Source of the DNA: Burkholderiaceae bacterium
GTDB taxonomy: Bacteria > Pseudomonadota > Gammaproteobacteria > Burkholderiales > Burkholderiaceae_D
NCBI GenBank assembly: GCA_018261755.1
Contig: JAGTRJ010000029.1
Location: 1,009-65,008, forward strand
Direction of reading: 5' to 3'
Length of the DNA stretch: 64,000 bases
A program made the translations under genes and the position numbers. The stretch's first letter is position 1, and the number at the start of each line of letters is the position of its first letter. The notes under the pieces were generated by a model that saw only the letters and a program-made list of their open reading frames with translations, had not been told where the DNA came from and did not search any database. Shown piece by piece: positions 42,884-51,571 of this stretch.

Positions 42884-42902
42884 GTTCAGATTCGGGATGG
42901 TG

Positions 42903-42940
42903 ACAAAACAAAACCGCCTGCAATTTCTCGCAGGCGGTTT
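42903..42940 (-). terminator. Rho-independent terminator after the Tim44-like gene, upstream of ubiB
   Basis: Minus strand: AAACCGCCTGC-gagaaatt-GCAGGCGGTTT followed by TGTTTTGT. Confidence 0.75.
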
Positions 42941-42998
42941 CAAGTGTAGCAGTGAAAGGCGGCCCGGCGATTGCCGTGCGCCGCTTTTTTGCGCTGCG

Positions 42999-43934
42999 TC
43001 AGGAATTGAGCTGCTGGATGCCTGCCAGCACCCAGCCGCCCTTGCCGGTCAGCGGACGGGTCAGGTTCCACACTTCGGTGAATGGCAGCGGCTGCGCGTC
43101 CGGCGCATCCTTGATGGTGCCGGAAAACTGCACGCTGGCCATCTGCTCGCTGCCGACATCCTCGATGCCGAGCAATTGCGCATCAAGCGTCACCACGTCG
43201 GTATTGCTGGGCGACGGGCCGCGTTCTTCCAGTTGCATCTTCAGTTCGGCATACATTTCCGGCGTGGTGTATTCGCGGATGTCGCTCGTATCCGCCTTGT
43301 CCCACGAAGCCTGCAGGCGGATGAAGTACGTCTTCGCGCTGCGCAGGAATGCTGGCACGTCGAAATCCGCCGGCACGCCATATGGCGTATAGCTGGCCGG
43401 AATGGCGGCGGACGAAGCGGGCTGTTCGTTCTGGAAGGCTGCGGGTTGCTGCGGTTCAAGCCGCGAGCCGATTTCCGGCGTGCCGCTGCCCGATGCCGAC
43501 GGGTAGCCGCCGGCGTAGGCATTCGGCTGGTACGGCGGCGGTTCTTCCTTCCGGCGGGTGAACATGCGGTAGATGAACATGGCGGCAAAGCCCAAGAGCG
43601 CGATCATCAATATCGTGCTGATCATGCCGGCTGCGGCGCCGCCAATGCCCATGTGCGACAGCAGCGCGCCCAGGCCGAGGCCGAGCAGTGCGCCGCCGAG
43701 GATGCCTTTCCACGGGCTGGACGGTTTCGGCGGCGTGGCTGCGCCAGGCTGCTGCGTCGCGCCTGGCCGGGCCTGTTGCGCGGGTGCGGCTTGCTGCTGC
43801 ATCGGCGCTTGCCGGGTTACGGTGGGGGATTGCTTGCCGATGGTGCGGCCGCCGCCCATACGGCGCTGCGCTTCGGCGGCCGACATCGTCAGCGTGCAAG
43901 CAATCACGACCAGGGTAATCAGGAGTTTTTTCAT
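42999..43934 (-). CDS. Tim44-like domain protein with signal/anchor and Pro/Ala/Gly-rich linker
   Basis: The ORF is 42999..44018, with the likely start at ATG 43934 ([22 protein letters not shown]). It has a low-complexity linker and a TM segment. The C-terminal Tim44-like fold region reads [20 protein letters not shown]...[20 protein letters not shown]. Confidence 0.8.
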   Translation of the reverse strand: MKKLLITLVVIACTLTMSAAEAQRRMGGGRTIGKQSPTVTRQAPMQQQAAPAQQARPGATQQPGAATPPKPSSPWKGILGGALLGLGLGALLSHMGIGGAAAGMISTILMIALLGFAAMFIYRMFTRRKEEPPPYQPNAYAGGYPSASGSGTPEIGSRLEPQQPAAFQNEQPASSAAIPASYTPYGVPADFDVPAFLRSAKTYFIRLQASWDKADTSDIREYTTPEMYAELKMQLEERGPSPSNTDVVTLDAQLLGIEDVGSEQMASVQFSGTIKDAPDAQPLPFTEVWNLTRPLTGKGGWVLAGIQQLNS

Positions 43935-43954
43935 AAGCACCTTTATAGATAAAT

Positions 43955-44689
43955 TCAGGTTTTGATGCCGGTATGCAATGCAACCACACCGGCGGTCAGG
44001 TTGAAATACCGGACGCATTCAAGGCCGGCATTATGCATCATGTTCTTCAGCGTTTCCTGATCCGGATGCATGCGGATCGATTCGGCCAGATAGCGGTAAC
44101 TGTCTTCGTCGTCGGCCACCAGTTTTCCCAGTTTGGGCAAGACCTTGAACGAATAGTCATCATACATTTTTTGCAGCGGCTGCCAGACCTTCGAGAATTC
44201 CAACACAAGAAGTTTACCGCCGTATTTCAGCACGCGCCGCATTTCGGCCAGCGCCGCGTCCTTGTGAGTCATGTTGCGCAAGCCGAAGGCGACGGTAACG
44301 CGGTCGAAGGTATTGTCGTGGAACGGCAGTTTTTCCGCGTCGCATACCGATATGGGGACGACCAGGCCATCATTCAACAGCCGGTCGCGGCCGACCTTCA
44401 GCATCGATTCATTGATGTCGGTCAGCCATACCTGTCCGCTCGGCCCCGCCTGGCGGGCAAAGGCGCGCGCCAGATCGCCGGTGCCGCCGGCGATGTCGAG
44501 CACCTTGAAGCCGGGGCGCACGCCGGCCTGCGCGATGGTGAACGCTTTCCAGATGCGGTGCATGCCGGCCGACATCAAATCGTTCATCAGGTCGTATTTG
44601 CCGGCGACCGAATCGAACACGCCAGCGACGCGTCGCGCCTTGTCGTTTTCGGCCACGGTTTCAAAACCGAAGTGGGTGGTATTGGTCAT
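43955..44689 (-). CDS. ubiE: Ubiquinone/menaquinone biosynthesis C-methyltransferase
   Basis: 244-aa ORF with [25 protein letters not shown], and the SAM motif [12 protein letters not shown]. Confidence 0.95.
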   Translation of the reverse strand: MTNTTHFGFETVAENDKARRVAGVFDSVAGKYDLMNDLMSAGMHRIWKAFTIAQAGVRPGFKVLDIAGGTGDLARAFARQAGPSGQVWLTDINESMLKVGRDRLLNDGLVVPISVCDAEKLPFHDNTFDRVTVAFGLRNMTHKDAALAEMRRVLKYGGKLLVLEFSKVWQPLQKMYDDYSFKVLPKLGKLVADDEDSYRYLAESIRMHPDQETLKNMMHNAGLECVRYFNLTAGVVALHTGIKT

Positions 44690-44742
44690 GGTTGCTTAGG
44701 TGATCTGTTGCGGCCAAGTCTAGCGCGTTTTGCGCGCAGGCG

Positions 44743-45174
44743 TCAGATTTGCGCCAGCCGCCGCGCGATTTCAGCCCGCAGCGCCAGCAGTTTTTCGCGC
44801 CGCGCTGCCAGCGTTGCGTTTGCGGTTTCGCGCTGCGCCGCGGCCCATACCGGCGCCGGAAACTGCGCATCGTCGGCAAAGCGCGGGATCACATGCCAGT
44901 GCAGATGCGGCACCACATTGCCCAGGCTGGCCAGATTGACTTTTTCCGGCTGCATCACCGCACGCACGGCCGCTTCGACCTGCCACACGGCCTCCATCAG
45001 TTCGCCGCGTTCGGCTGGCGACAGGTCGGTCATTTCCCTGACATGCGCGTTCCAGATCACGCGGCAAAAGCCGGGATGCGCCATTTCATCGGCCAGCACC
45101 ACGCGCCAGCGTGGCGCTTCGAACGCCAGTTCGCCGCCGGGGCGGACGCAGAGTTCACAATGGTCAGAGTTCAT
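44743..45174 (-). CDS. HIT family protein
   Basis: The ORF is 44743..45300, with the likely start at ATG 45174 (MNSDHCELC). It carries the histidine-triad motif VPHLHWHVIPR. Confidence 0.82.
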   Translation of the reverse strand: MNSDHCELCVRPGGELAFEAPRWRVVLADEMAHPGFCRVIWNAHVREMTDLSPAERGELMEAVWQVEAAVRAVMQPEKVNLASLGNVVPHLHWHVIPRFADDAQFPAPVWAAAQRETANATLAARREKLLALRAEIARRLAQI

Positions 45175-45200
45175 TTTTTGTCTTCGTGACGAGAGTTTTC

Positions 45201-45300
45201 GGGGAGTATGGATAGAAACCGGGCGATGGACCACATATTTGCTGGCTTTCCATGAATACTGCACCCAGTATTTTTCGAGACCGGTGAGCCGGAAAATCAC
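45201..45300 (-). repeat. Degenerate copy of the dispersed element (R9)
   Basis: GGGGAGTATGGATAGAAACCGGGCGATGGACCACATATTTGCTGGCTTTCCATGAATACTGCACCCAGTATTTTTCGAGACC... It is collinear with R1 and R4. It lies between the HIT gene start and the YqaA-like gene stop. Confidence 0.6.
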
Positions 45301-45788
45301 CCTAGCCAGCCGCCGATTTGCCGCCAGACGTGATCCGGCACATGCAGCAGGATCCAGGTCATCAGCACGTAGCGCAGCAACTTGCCGGCCGCCATGTACC
45401 AGACGCAGGGCCAGAACGGCAGCTTGAGCCAGCCGCCGAGCGAGCTGATCGGGTCGCCGATGCCGGGCAGCCAGGTCAGGAACATGACTTTCGGGCCGAA
45501 ACGCTCCAGCCAGCCGAACCAGCGAGTCTTGCGCTCTTTCGCGAACGCTTCATGCGCGCCGTAGCCCATCCAGTAGTTGATTACGCCGCCGATTGTGTTG
45601 CCGATGGTGGCGACGGACATCACCGGCCAGAACATCGACGGATCGGCCTTGATCACCGCGAACACGGCCGGTTCCGAGCCCATCGGCAACAGCGTGGCCG
45701 AAATCAGCGTAATGATGAAGACCGCAGGCAACCCGATTTCGGGAATCGCAAGCCAGGCCAGCAACCAGTGAACGGCGGATTCGATCAT
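45297..45788 (-). CDS. YqaA/DedA-related small membrane protein
   Basis: 163-aa ORF with four hydrophobic segments. The family assignment is from overall similarity recalled from memory, not a diagnostic motif. Confidence 0.65.
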   Translation of the reverse strand: MIESAVHWLLAWLAIPEIGLPAVFIITLISATLLPMGSEPAVFAVIKADPSMFWPVMSVATIGNTIGGVINYWMGYGAHEAFAKERKTRWFGWLERFGPKVMFLTWLPGIGDPISSLGGWLKLPFWPCVWYMAAGKLLRYVLMTWILLHVPDHVWRQIGGWLG

Positions 45789-45864
45789 GCGGTGGTCGTT
45801 TTATAAAAGAAATGGATGCCATTATAATGACCATCTTGTCCGCAAAGGCAATGCCCGCCTTATC

Positions 45865-47388
45865 ATGACCGATTACCTGAAAAAAATCCTGACTGCGCGC
45901 GTGTATGACGTCGCGCAGGAATCTCCGCTCGAACTCGCGCCGCTGCTGTCGGCGCGCCTTGGCAACCGCCTGCTGCTGAAACGCGAAGACATGCAAAGCG
46001 TGTTCAGTTTCAAGTTGCGCGGCGCCTACAACAAGATGGCGCATCTGAAGCCGGAACAATTGAAACGCGGCGTGATTTGCGCCTCCGCCGGCAACCATGC
46101 GCAAGGCGTGGCGCTGGCGGCGAAGCGGCTCGGCTGCCGCGCGATGATCGTGATGCCGGTGACCACGCCGCCGGTGAAGGTCGATGCGGTGCGCGCGCGC
46201 GGCGCGGAAGTGGTGCTGTTTGGCGATTCGTTCACCGATGCCTACACCCATGCGAAGACGCTGGAAAAGGAACACAAGCTGACCTTCGTCCATCCGTTCG
46301 ACGATCCGGACGTGATCGCCGGCCAAGGCACGATCGGGATGGAAATTCTGCGTCAGCACGCGGAACCGATCCATGCGATTTTCGTTCCGGTCGGCGGCGG
46401 CGGCCTGATTGCCGGCATTGCCGCCTACGTGAAGCAGGTGCGGCCGGAAATCAAAATCATTGGCGTCGAGACAGTCGATGCCGATGCGATGGCGCGCAGC
46501 CTGAAACAGAAGCGCCGGGTCACGCTGCCGGATGTCGGCCTGTTTTCCGATGGCACCGCGGTCAAGCTGGTCGGGCAGGAAACCTTCCGCCTGGCGAAAA
46601 AATACGTGGACGAGATCATCCTGGTCGATACCGATGCGATCTGCGCCGCGATCAAGGATGTGTTCCAGGATACGCGCAGCATTCTGGAGCCGGCTGGCGC
46701 GCTGGCCATCGCCGGCGCGAAGGAATACGCGGAGCGGGCGAAGAAGTGGAAGAAGCCGCTGAAGAATGCGGCGCTGGTGGCGGTCGCCAGCGGCGCGAAC
46801 ATGAATTTCGACCGGTTGCGTTTCGTGGCCGAGCAGGCGGCGCTGGGCGAGGCGCGCGAAGCGCTGTTCGCGGTCACGATTCCGGAAGAGCAAGGCAGTT
46901 TCCGCCGCTTTTGCGAGCTGGTCGGGCCGCGCAACGTGACCGAATTCAACTATCGCATCAGCGACGATGACGAAGCGCACGTATTCGTCGGCATCGAAGT
47001 CACGAACCGCGACGAGCCGGCGAAAATCGCGAAACATTTTGAGCGCCATCATTTCAAGACGCTGGATCTGACCGACGATGAACTGGGGCAATTGCACATT
47101 CGCCACATGGTCGGCGGCAAGAGCGCGCTGGCGCACGACGAGTTGCTGTACCGGTTCGAATTCCCGGAGCGCCCCGGCGCGCTGATGCGCTTTTTGCAGA
47201 GCATGGCGCCGAACTGGAACATCAGCCTGTTCCACTACCGCAACCACGGCGCCGATTACGGCCGCATTCTGGTCGGGCTGCAGGTGCCGAAAAAGGAAAT
47301 GAAGGCGTTCCGCGAATTCCTGTCGACGCTGGGCTACCGCCACTGGAATGAAACCAGCAACCCGGTGTACAAACTGTTTTTGGGATAA
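45865..47388 (+). CDS. ilvA: Biosynthetic threonine ammonia-lyase (threonine dehydratase)
   Basis: The ORF is 45787..47388, with the likely start at ATG 45865 (MTDYLKKILTARVYDV). It has the PLP motif SFKLRGAYN, GGGGLIAG, and two C-terminal ACT-like regulatory domains. Confidence 0.94.
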   Translation: MTDYLKKILTARVYDVAQESPLELAPLLSARLGNRLLLKREDMQSVFSFKLRGAYNKMAHLKPEQLKRGVICASAGNHAQGVALAAKRLGCRAMIVMPVTTPPVKVDAVRARGAEVVLFGDSFTDAYTHAKTLEKEHKLTFVHPFDDPDVIAGQGTIGMEILRQHAEPIHAIFVPVGGGGLIAGIAAYVKQVRPEIKIIGVETVDADAMARSLKQKRRVTLPDVGLFSDGTAVKLVGQETFRLAKKYVDEIILVDTDAICAAIKDVFQDTRSILEPAGALAIAGAKEYAERAKKWKKPLKNAALVAVASGANMNFDRLRFVAEQAALGEAREALFAVTIPEEQGSFRRFCELVGPRNVTEFNYRISDDDEAHVFVGIEVTNRDEPAKIAKHFERHHFKTLDLTDDELGQLHIRHMVGGKSALAHDELLYRFEFPERPGALMRFLQSMAPNWNISLFHYRNHGADYGRILVGLQVPKKEMKAFREFLSTLGYRHWNETSNPVYKLFLG

Positions 47389-47390
47389 CG

Positions 47391-48144
47391 ATGAGCGAAC
47401 ACAACACGCCGGCAGATTCGCCGCCTGGGGCGGACGGTGCCATTCTTTGGCATCGACATCTGGAATGCGTACGAACTGTCGTGGCTGAATCTGCGCGGCA
47501 AGCCGCAGGTCGGGATCCTGACGGTGATCGTGCCGGCCGATTCGCCCAATATCATCGAATCAAAATCGTTCAAGCTGTACCTGAATTCGTTTTCGCAGGC
47601 AAAACTGGCGGGCGCGGACGCGCTGTGCGAACTGCTGCGCGCCGATCTGTCGGCCGGCTTCGGCGCGCCGGTGCAGGTATCGGTGGTGGCGCAGGATGCG
47701 TTCGCCGGGCAGAAAATCGAGGAACTCGAAGGCTTGCAGCTGGACCGGCTCGACATCGACGCCGACGAGTATCAGCCAAACATTTCGTTTCTGAAAACCA
47801 GCCAGGATGACTCGCCGGTCGAGGAAAAGCTGGTGTCGCACCTGCTGAAAACGAATTGCCCGGTTACCGGCCAGCCGGACTGGGCCAGCCTGCAGATTCA
47901 CTATGTCGGCTTTCCGATCAATCAGGAAGGCTTGCTGAAATACCTGATTAGCCTGCGCACCGAAAGCGGTTTTCACGAACAATGTGTCGAACGGATTTTC
48001 ATGGATATCCTGCGCCAATGCAGGCCGACCAAACTCGCCATCTATGCGCGCTTCACCCGGCGCGGTGGAATCGACATCAACCCGTGGCGCAGCAATTTCA
48101 CCACCGGCATGCGGCCGTCGAATGCGCGCCACGCAAGACAATAA
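47391..48144 (+). pseudogene. queF: NADPH-dependent 7-cyano-7-deazaguanine reductase (type II QueF) with a disrupted 5' region
   Basis: The ATG at 47391 gives [11 protein letters not shown]... and then leaves the QueF frame near 47421-47432. The QueF frame (ORF 47437..48144) starts at ...[18 protein letters not shown] and is otherwise complete ([34 protein letters not shown]). About 30 residues expected between LGK and LPF.G are missing. Confidence 0.7.
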
Positions 48145-48262
48145 TGTAGCTGCATGTGATAAATTGCGGCATAAGTTGACAGTTGTTCATTTGTTGCGCG
48201 AATTTCAAAGCAGCTTATAATTCGTGCACATTCAACTCGGGTAAACACGGCCGCTCCATTTT

Positions 48263-48742
48263 TTGGACATGACCACTCTTGCCAAAATTCTATTGCGCAG
48301 CAATGTCGCGCTGGATCTCGCGGTTTCGAACAAGCAGCAGGCTTTTGAACAGGCCGGCTTGCTGTTCGAGGCTAGCAGCGGCATTGCTCGCCTGACGGTG
48401 ACCGACAACCTGCTGGCGCGGGAAGCTCTCGGTTCGACCGGCCTGGGGCATGGCGTTGCCGTGCCGCATGGCCGCGTCAAGGGACTGAAGTCGGCGCAGG
48501 CGGCGTTCGTTCGCCTGAAGGAAGCGATTCCGTTCGATTCGCCCGACGGCAAGCCGGTGAATCTGTTGATCTTTCTGCTGATTCCAGAAAACGTCACGCA
48601 GCAGCATCTTGAAATCCTGTCCGAGGTGGCGGAAATGTTTTCGAATGCTGATTTTCGCGCGTTGCTGAGCCGCGAACCCGATCCGGCCGTGTTGCATGCG
48701 GAAATTCTTGCCTGGCAGCCGGGGCGGAAAAACGCTGCCTGA
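48263..48742 (+). CDS. ptsN: PTS IIA-like nitrogen regulatory protein PtsN
   Basis: 159-aa ORF with the phosphorylatable His in GLGHGVAVPHGR. Confidence 0.9.
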   Translation: MDMTTLAKILLRSNVALDLAVSNKQQAFEQAGLLFEASSGIARLTVTDNLLAREALGSTGLGHGVAVPHGRVKGLKSAQAAFVRLKEAIPFDSPDGKPVNLLIFLLIPENVTQQHLEILSEVAEMFSNADFRALLSREPDPAVLHAEILAWQPGRKNAA

Positions 48743-48748
48743 AAGACC

Positions 48749-49678
48749 ATGAGCACCCTGACAATACAACAGCTCTATAGCCAGAATCACCAGCAGTTGA
48801 AAATGGAGTGGGTTACCGGTTTGAACGGCGGCTATCGCCTGGTGTCTGGCAATGCGGCCTCGGCCGCTGACCAGGTTGGCCACCTGAACCTGATCCATCC
48901 GGGTCGCATCCACGTGTTTGGTCGGCAGGAAGTCGGCTATTACGAACGGCTGTCGCCCGAATCGCGCGCCTACCAGATTCACGAACTTATCGATGGCAAC
49001 CCGCCGGGGATCATCATCGCGCGCGGGCTGCCGGTGCCGCCCGATCTGCAGGCGATTTGCGAAGCGAACGATATCCCGATTTTTTCGACCCCGCTGCCTG
49101 CCGCCGAAGTGATCGACTTCCTGCGGGTATTCCTGTCGAAGAAACTGGCGCAGCGCGTGATCATGCACGGCGTGTTCATGGATGTGCTCGGAATCGGCGT
49201 GCTGATCACTGGCGAATCCGGTCTGGGCAAGAGCGAACTGGGGCTGGAACTGATTACGCGCAATCACGGTCTGATCGCCGACGACGCAGTGGAATTTTCA
49301 CGCATTGCGCCCAACGTGATTGAGGGGCGCTGCCCGCCGCTGCTGGAAAACATGCTTGAAGTGCGCGGCCTGGGCCTGCTCGACATCCGGGCGATTTTCG
49401 GTGAGGCGGCAATGCGCCGCCGGATGCGGCTGAAGCTGATTGTGAACCTGACGCGCAATGCGGGCTTCGACCAGAATGTCGAGCGGCTGCAAATGCAGCA
49501 CATCACGGAAGAAGTGCTTGGCTTGCCGATCCGCAAGGTCAGCATTCCGGTTGCAGCCGGCCGCAACATGGCGGTGCTGATCGAGGCGGCGGTGCGCAAC
49601 ACCATCCTGCAACTGCGCGGCATCAATACATTGGAAGATTTTGCCGAACGGCAGCGCCGGGCGATGACTTCGGGCTAA
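48749..49678 (+). CDS. hprK: HPr kinase/phosphorylase
   Basis: 309-aa ORF with MHGVFMDVLGIGVLITGESGLGKSELGLELI (P-loop) and LEVRGLG. Confidence 0.92.
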   Translation: MSTLTIQQLYSQNHQQLKMEWVTGLNGGYRLVSGNAASAADQVGHLNLIHPGRIHVFGRQEVGYYERLSPESRAYQIHELIDGNPPGIIIARGLPVPPDLQAICEANDIPIFSTPLPAAEVIDFLRVFLSKKLAQRVIMHGVFMDVLGIGVLITGESGLGKSELGLELITRNHGLIADDAVEFSRIAPNVIEGRCPPLLENMLEVRGLGLLDIRAIFGEAAMRRRMRLKLIVNLTRNAGFDQNVERLQMQHITEEVLGLPIRKVSIPVAAGRNMAVLIEAAVRNTILQLRGINTLEDFAERQRRAMTSG

Positions 49679-49681
49679 GCG

Positions 49682-50536
49682 ATGCATATCGTTCTCATCA
49701 CCGGCATTTCAGGCTCAGGCAAATCGGTGGCGCTGAACGTGCTTGAGGATGCCGGCTATTTTTGCGTCGATAACCTGCCGCCGCTGCTGCTGTCAAAGTT
49801 GGTGGCCACCTTCATGAATGGCGATACGCCGCGGCTGGCGGTCGCAGTTGATTCGCGCAGCGCGGCCTTGCTGTCGCATTTGCCGGAGAACGTGCGCCAG
49901 TTGCAGCAGGACGGGAATGACGTCAAGGTGCTGTTCCTGACCGCCGATACGCAGACGCTGGTCACGAGGTTTTCCGAAACGCGCCGCAGCCATCCGCTGT
50001 CGCACCGCGGCAGCGACAATGTCGCCTCGCGCACGCTGGTCGAGGCGATTCGCGCCGAGCGCGAGTTGCTCGGGCCGATAGAAACGCTCGGGCATGTGAT
50101 CGACACTTCTGGCATGAGCGCCAACCGGTTGCGCAACTGGGTCAAGGAATTCGTCGATCTCGAACGCGCGCCGCTGACGCTGTATTTCGAATCATTTGCG
50201 TTCAAGCAGGGCGTGCCGCAGGATGCGGCGCTAGTGTTTGATGTGCGCGCGCTGCCGAATCCGCATTACGATCTGGCGCTGCGGCCGTTGACCGGCAGGG
50301 ATGCGGACGTGGCCGCGTTTCTCGACAGCCAGCCCGAGGTGGCCGCGATGATGGACGACATTCGCGCCTTCGTCGAAAAATGGCTGCCTTCGTTCAAGAA
50401 CGACAACCGCAGCTACCTGACGATAGCCATTGGCTGTACTGGCGGCAAGCACCGTTCGGTCTATATCGCCGAGCGGCTGGCGCAGTATTTCAGCGCGCGC
50501 GAGCAGGTGCTGGTGCGGCACCGCGATCTGGCTTGA
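49682..50536 (+). CDS. rapZ: RNase adapter protein RapZ
   Basis: 284-aa ORF with the Walker A motif [18 protein letters not shown] and C-terminal [11 protein letters not shown]. Confidence 0.92.
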   Translation: MHIVLITGISGSGKSVALNVLEDAGYFCVDNLPPLLLSKLVATFMNGDTPRLAVAVDSRSAALLSHLPENVRQLQQDGNDVKVLFLTADTQTLVTRFSETRRSHPLSHRGSDNVASRTLVEAIRAERELLGPIETLGHVIDTSGMSANRLRNWVKEFVDLERAPLTLYFESFAFKQGVPQDAALVFDVRALPNPHYDLALRPLTGRDADVAAFLDSQPEVAAMMDDIRAFVEKWLPSFKNDNRSYLTIAIGCTGGKHRSVYIAERLAQYFSAREQVLVRHRDLA

Positions 50537-51560
50537 ATTCCTGCAGCAGTTTCCTCACTGGCGCCGGCAGCGGCGCGTCATCGAGCCGGGCGAGATCGTG
50601 CCAGACCATTTCCTGCTGTGTCGCTAGCGTTGCGCGGCGTTCAAGCCGCAGCAGCCACGGTGAAATTCTCAGGCGGAAATGGGTGAAGGCATGGGAAAAG
50701 GAGGGCAACGGCTGGCAGCTTGCAACCTGGCCGAAAGCGGTGGCCATCTGTTCAACTGCGGCTGGATCATCTGTTTCCATTTCCGGCAGCGACCACAGGC
50801 CGCCCCAGATGCCGTATTCCGGCCGGCGCAGCAGCAATACCTGATGGTTGTCGAGCACCAGCAGCATCGTCACCTGCTTTTCCGGCGTTTCCTTCCTCGG
50901 CTTGCGCTGCGGCAGTTCGGCCACGCGGCCGGTTGCCAGCGCGATGCATTGCGCCGCCAGTGGGCAGGCAGGGCAATCGGGTTTGCTGCGGGTGCAGACG
51001 GTCGCGCCCAGATCCATCAAGCCTTGAGTGTAGGCTTCAATGTTTTTCTTCGGCAGCAGCGTTTCAGCCCGTTGCCATAGCGCCGTTTCAATCGTTTTTT
51101 CGCCCGGATAACCGTCGATGCCGAAGGCGCGGCACAGCACGCGCTTGACGTTGCCATCGAGGATCGCGGCCCTCGCGCCAGCGGAAAAAACGGCGATCGC
51201 GGCCGAGGTCGAGCGGCCAATGCCGGGAAGGCTGGCCAGCAGCGCGGGGTCGGACGGGAAAATGCCGTGATAATCAGTGACGATTTGCTGCGCACAACGG
51301 TGCAGGTTGCGCGCGCGCGAGTAGTAGCCCAGTCCGCTCCACAGCGCCATCACCTCATGCTGCGACGCAGCCGCGAGAGCAAAGACATCGGGAAAGCGTT
51401 CAATGAAGCGTTGGAAGTACGGAATGACGGTCGCGACCTGCGTCTGCTGCAGCATGATTTCGGACAGCCAGATGCGGTACGCATCGCGCGTGTTTTGCCA
51501 CGGCAGGTCGTGACGGCCATGCCGCTGCTGCCAGCGGATCAAACGTGCGGCTAAATCCAC
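50490..51560 (-). CDS. mutY: A/G-specific adenine DNA glycosylase
   Basis: 356-aa ORF with [24 protein letters not shown], the HhH motif [12 protein letters not shown], an Fe-S Cys cluster C..P.C..CP....C, and a C-terminal NUDIX-like domain. Its 3' end overlaps rapZ by 47 nt (convergent genes). Confidence 0.92.
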   Translation of the reverse strand: MDLAARLIRWQQRHGRHDLPWQNTRDAYRIWLSEIMLQQTQVATVIPYFQRFIERFPDVFALAAASQHEVMALWSGLGYYSRARNLHRCAQQIVTDYHGIFPSDPALLASLPGIGRSTSAAIAVFSAGARAAILDGNVKRVLCRAFGIDGYPGEKTIETALWQRAETLLPKKNIEAYTQGLMDLGATVCTRSKPDCPACPLAAQCIALATGRVAELPQRKPRKETPEKQVTMLLVLDNHQVLLLRRPEYGIWGGLWSLPEMETDDPAAVEQMATAFGQVASCQPLPSFSHAFTHFRLRISPWLLRLERRATLATQQEMVWHDLARLDDAPLPAPVRKLLQEFKPDRGAAPAPARAR

Positions 51561-51571
51561 CGGGCACCCTG

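Noticed and set aside
50490-50536. A 47-nt convergent overlap of the rapZ and mutY 3' ends.
   Set aside because: Both ORFs are otherwise normal. Such overlaps are common in high-GC genomes, where stops are rare, and the mutY tail (…[14 protein letters not shown]) looks like a read-through extension. It is not strong enough to be a finding.
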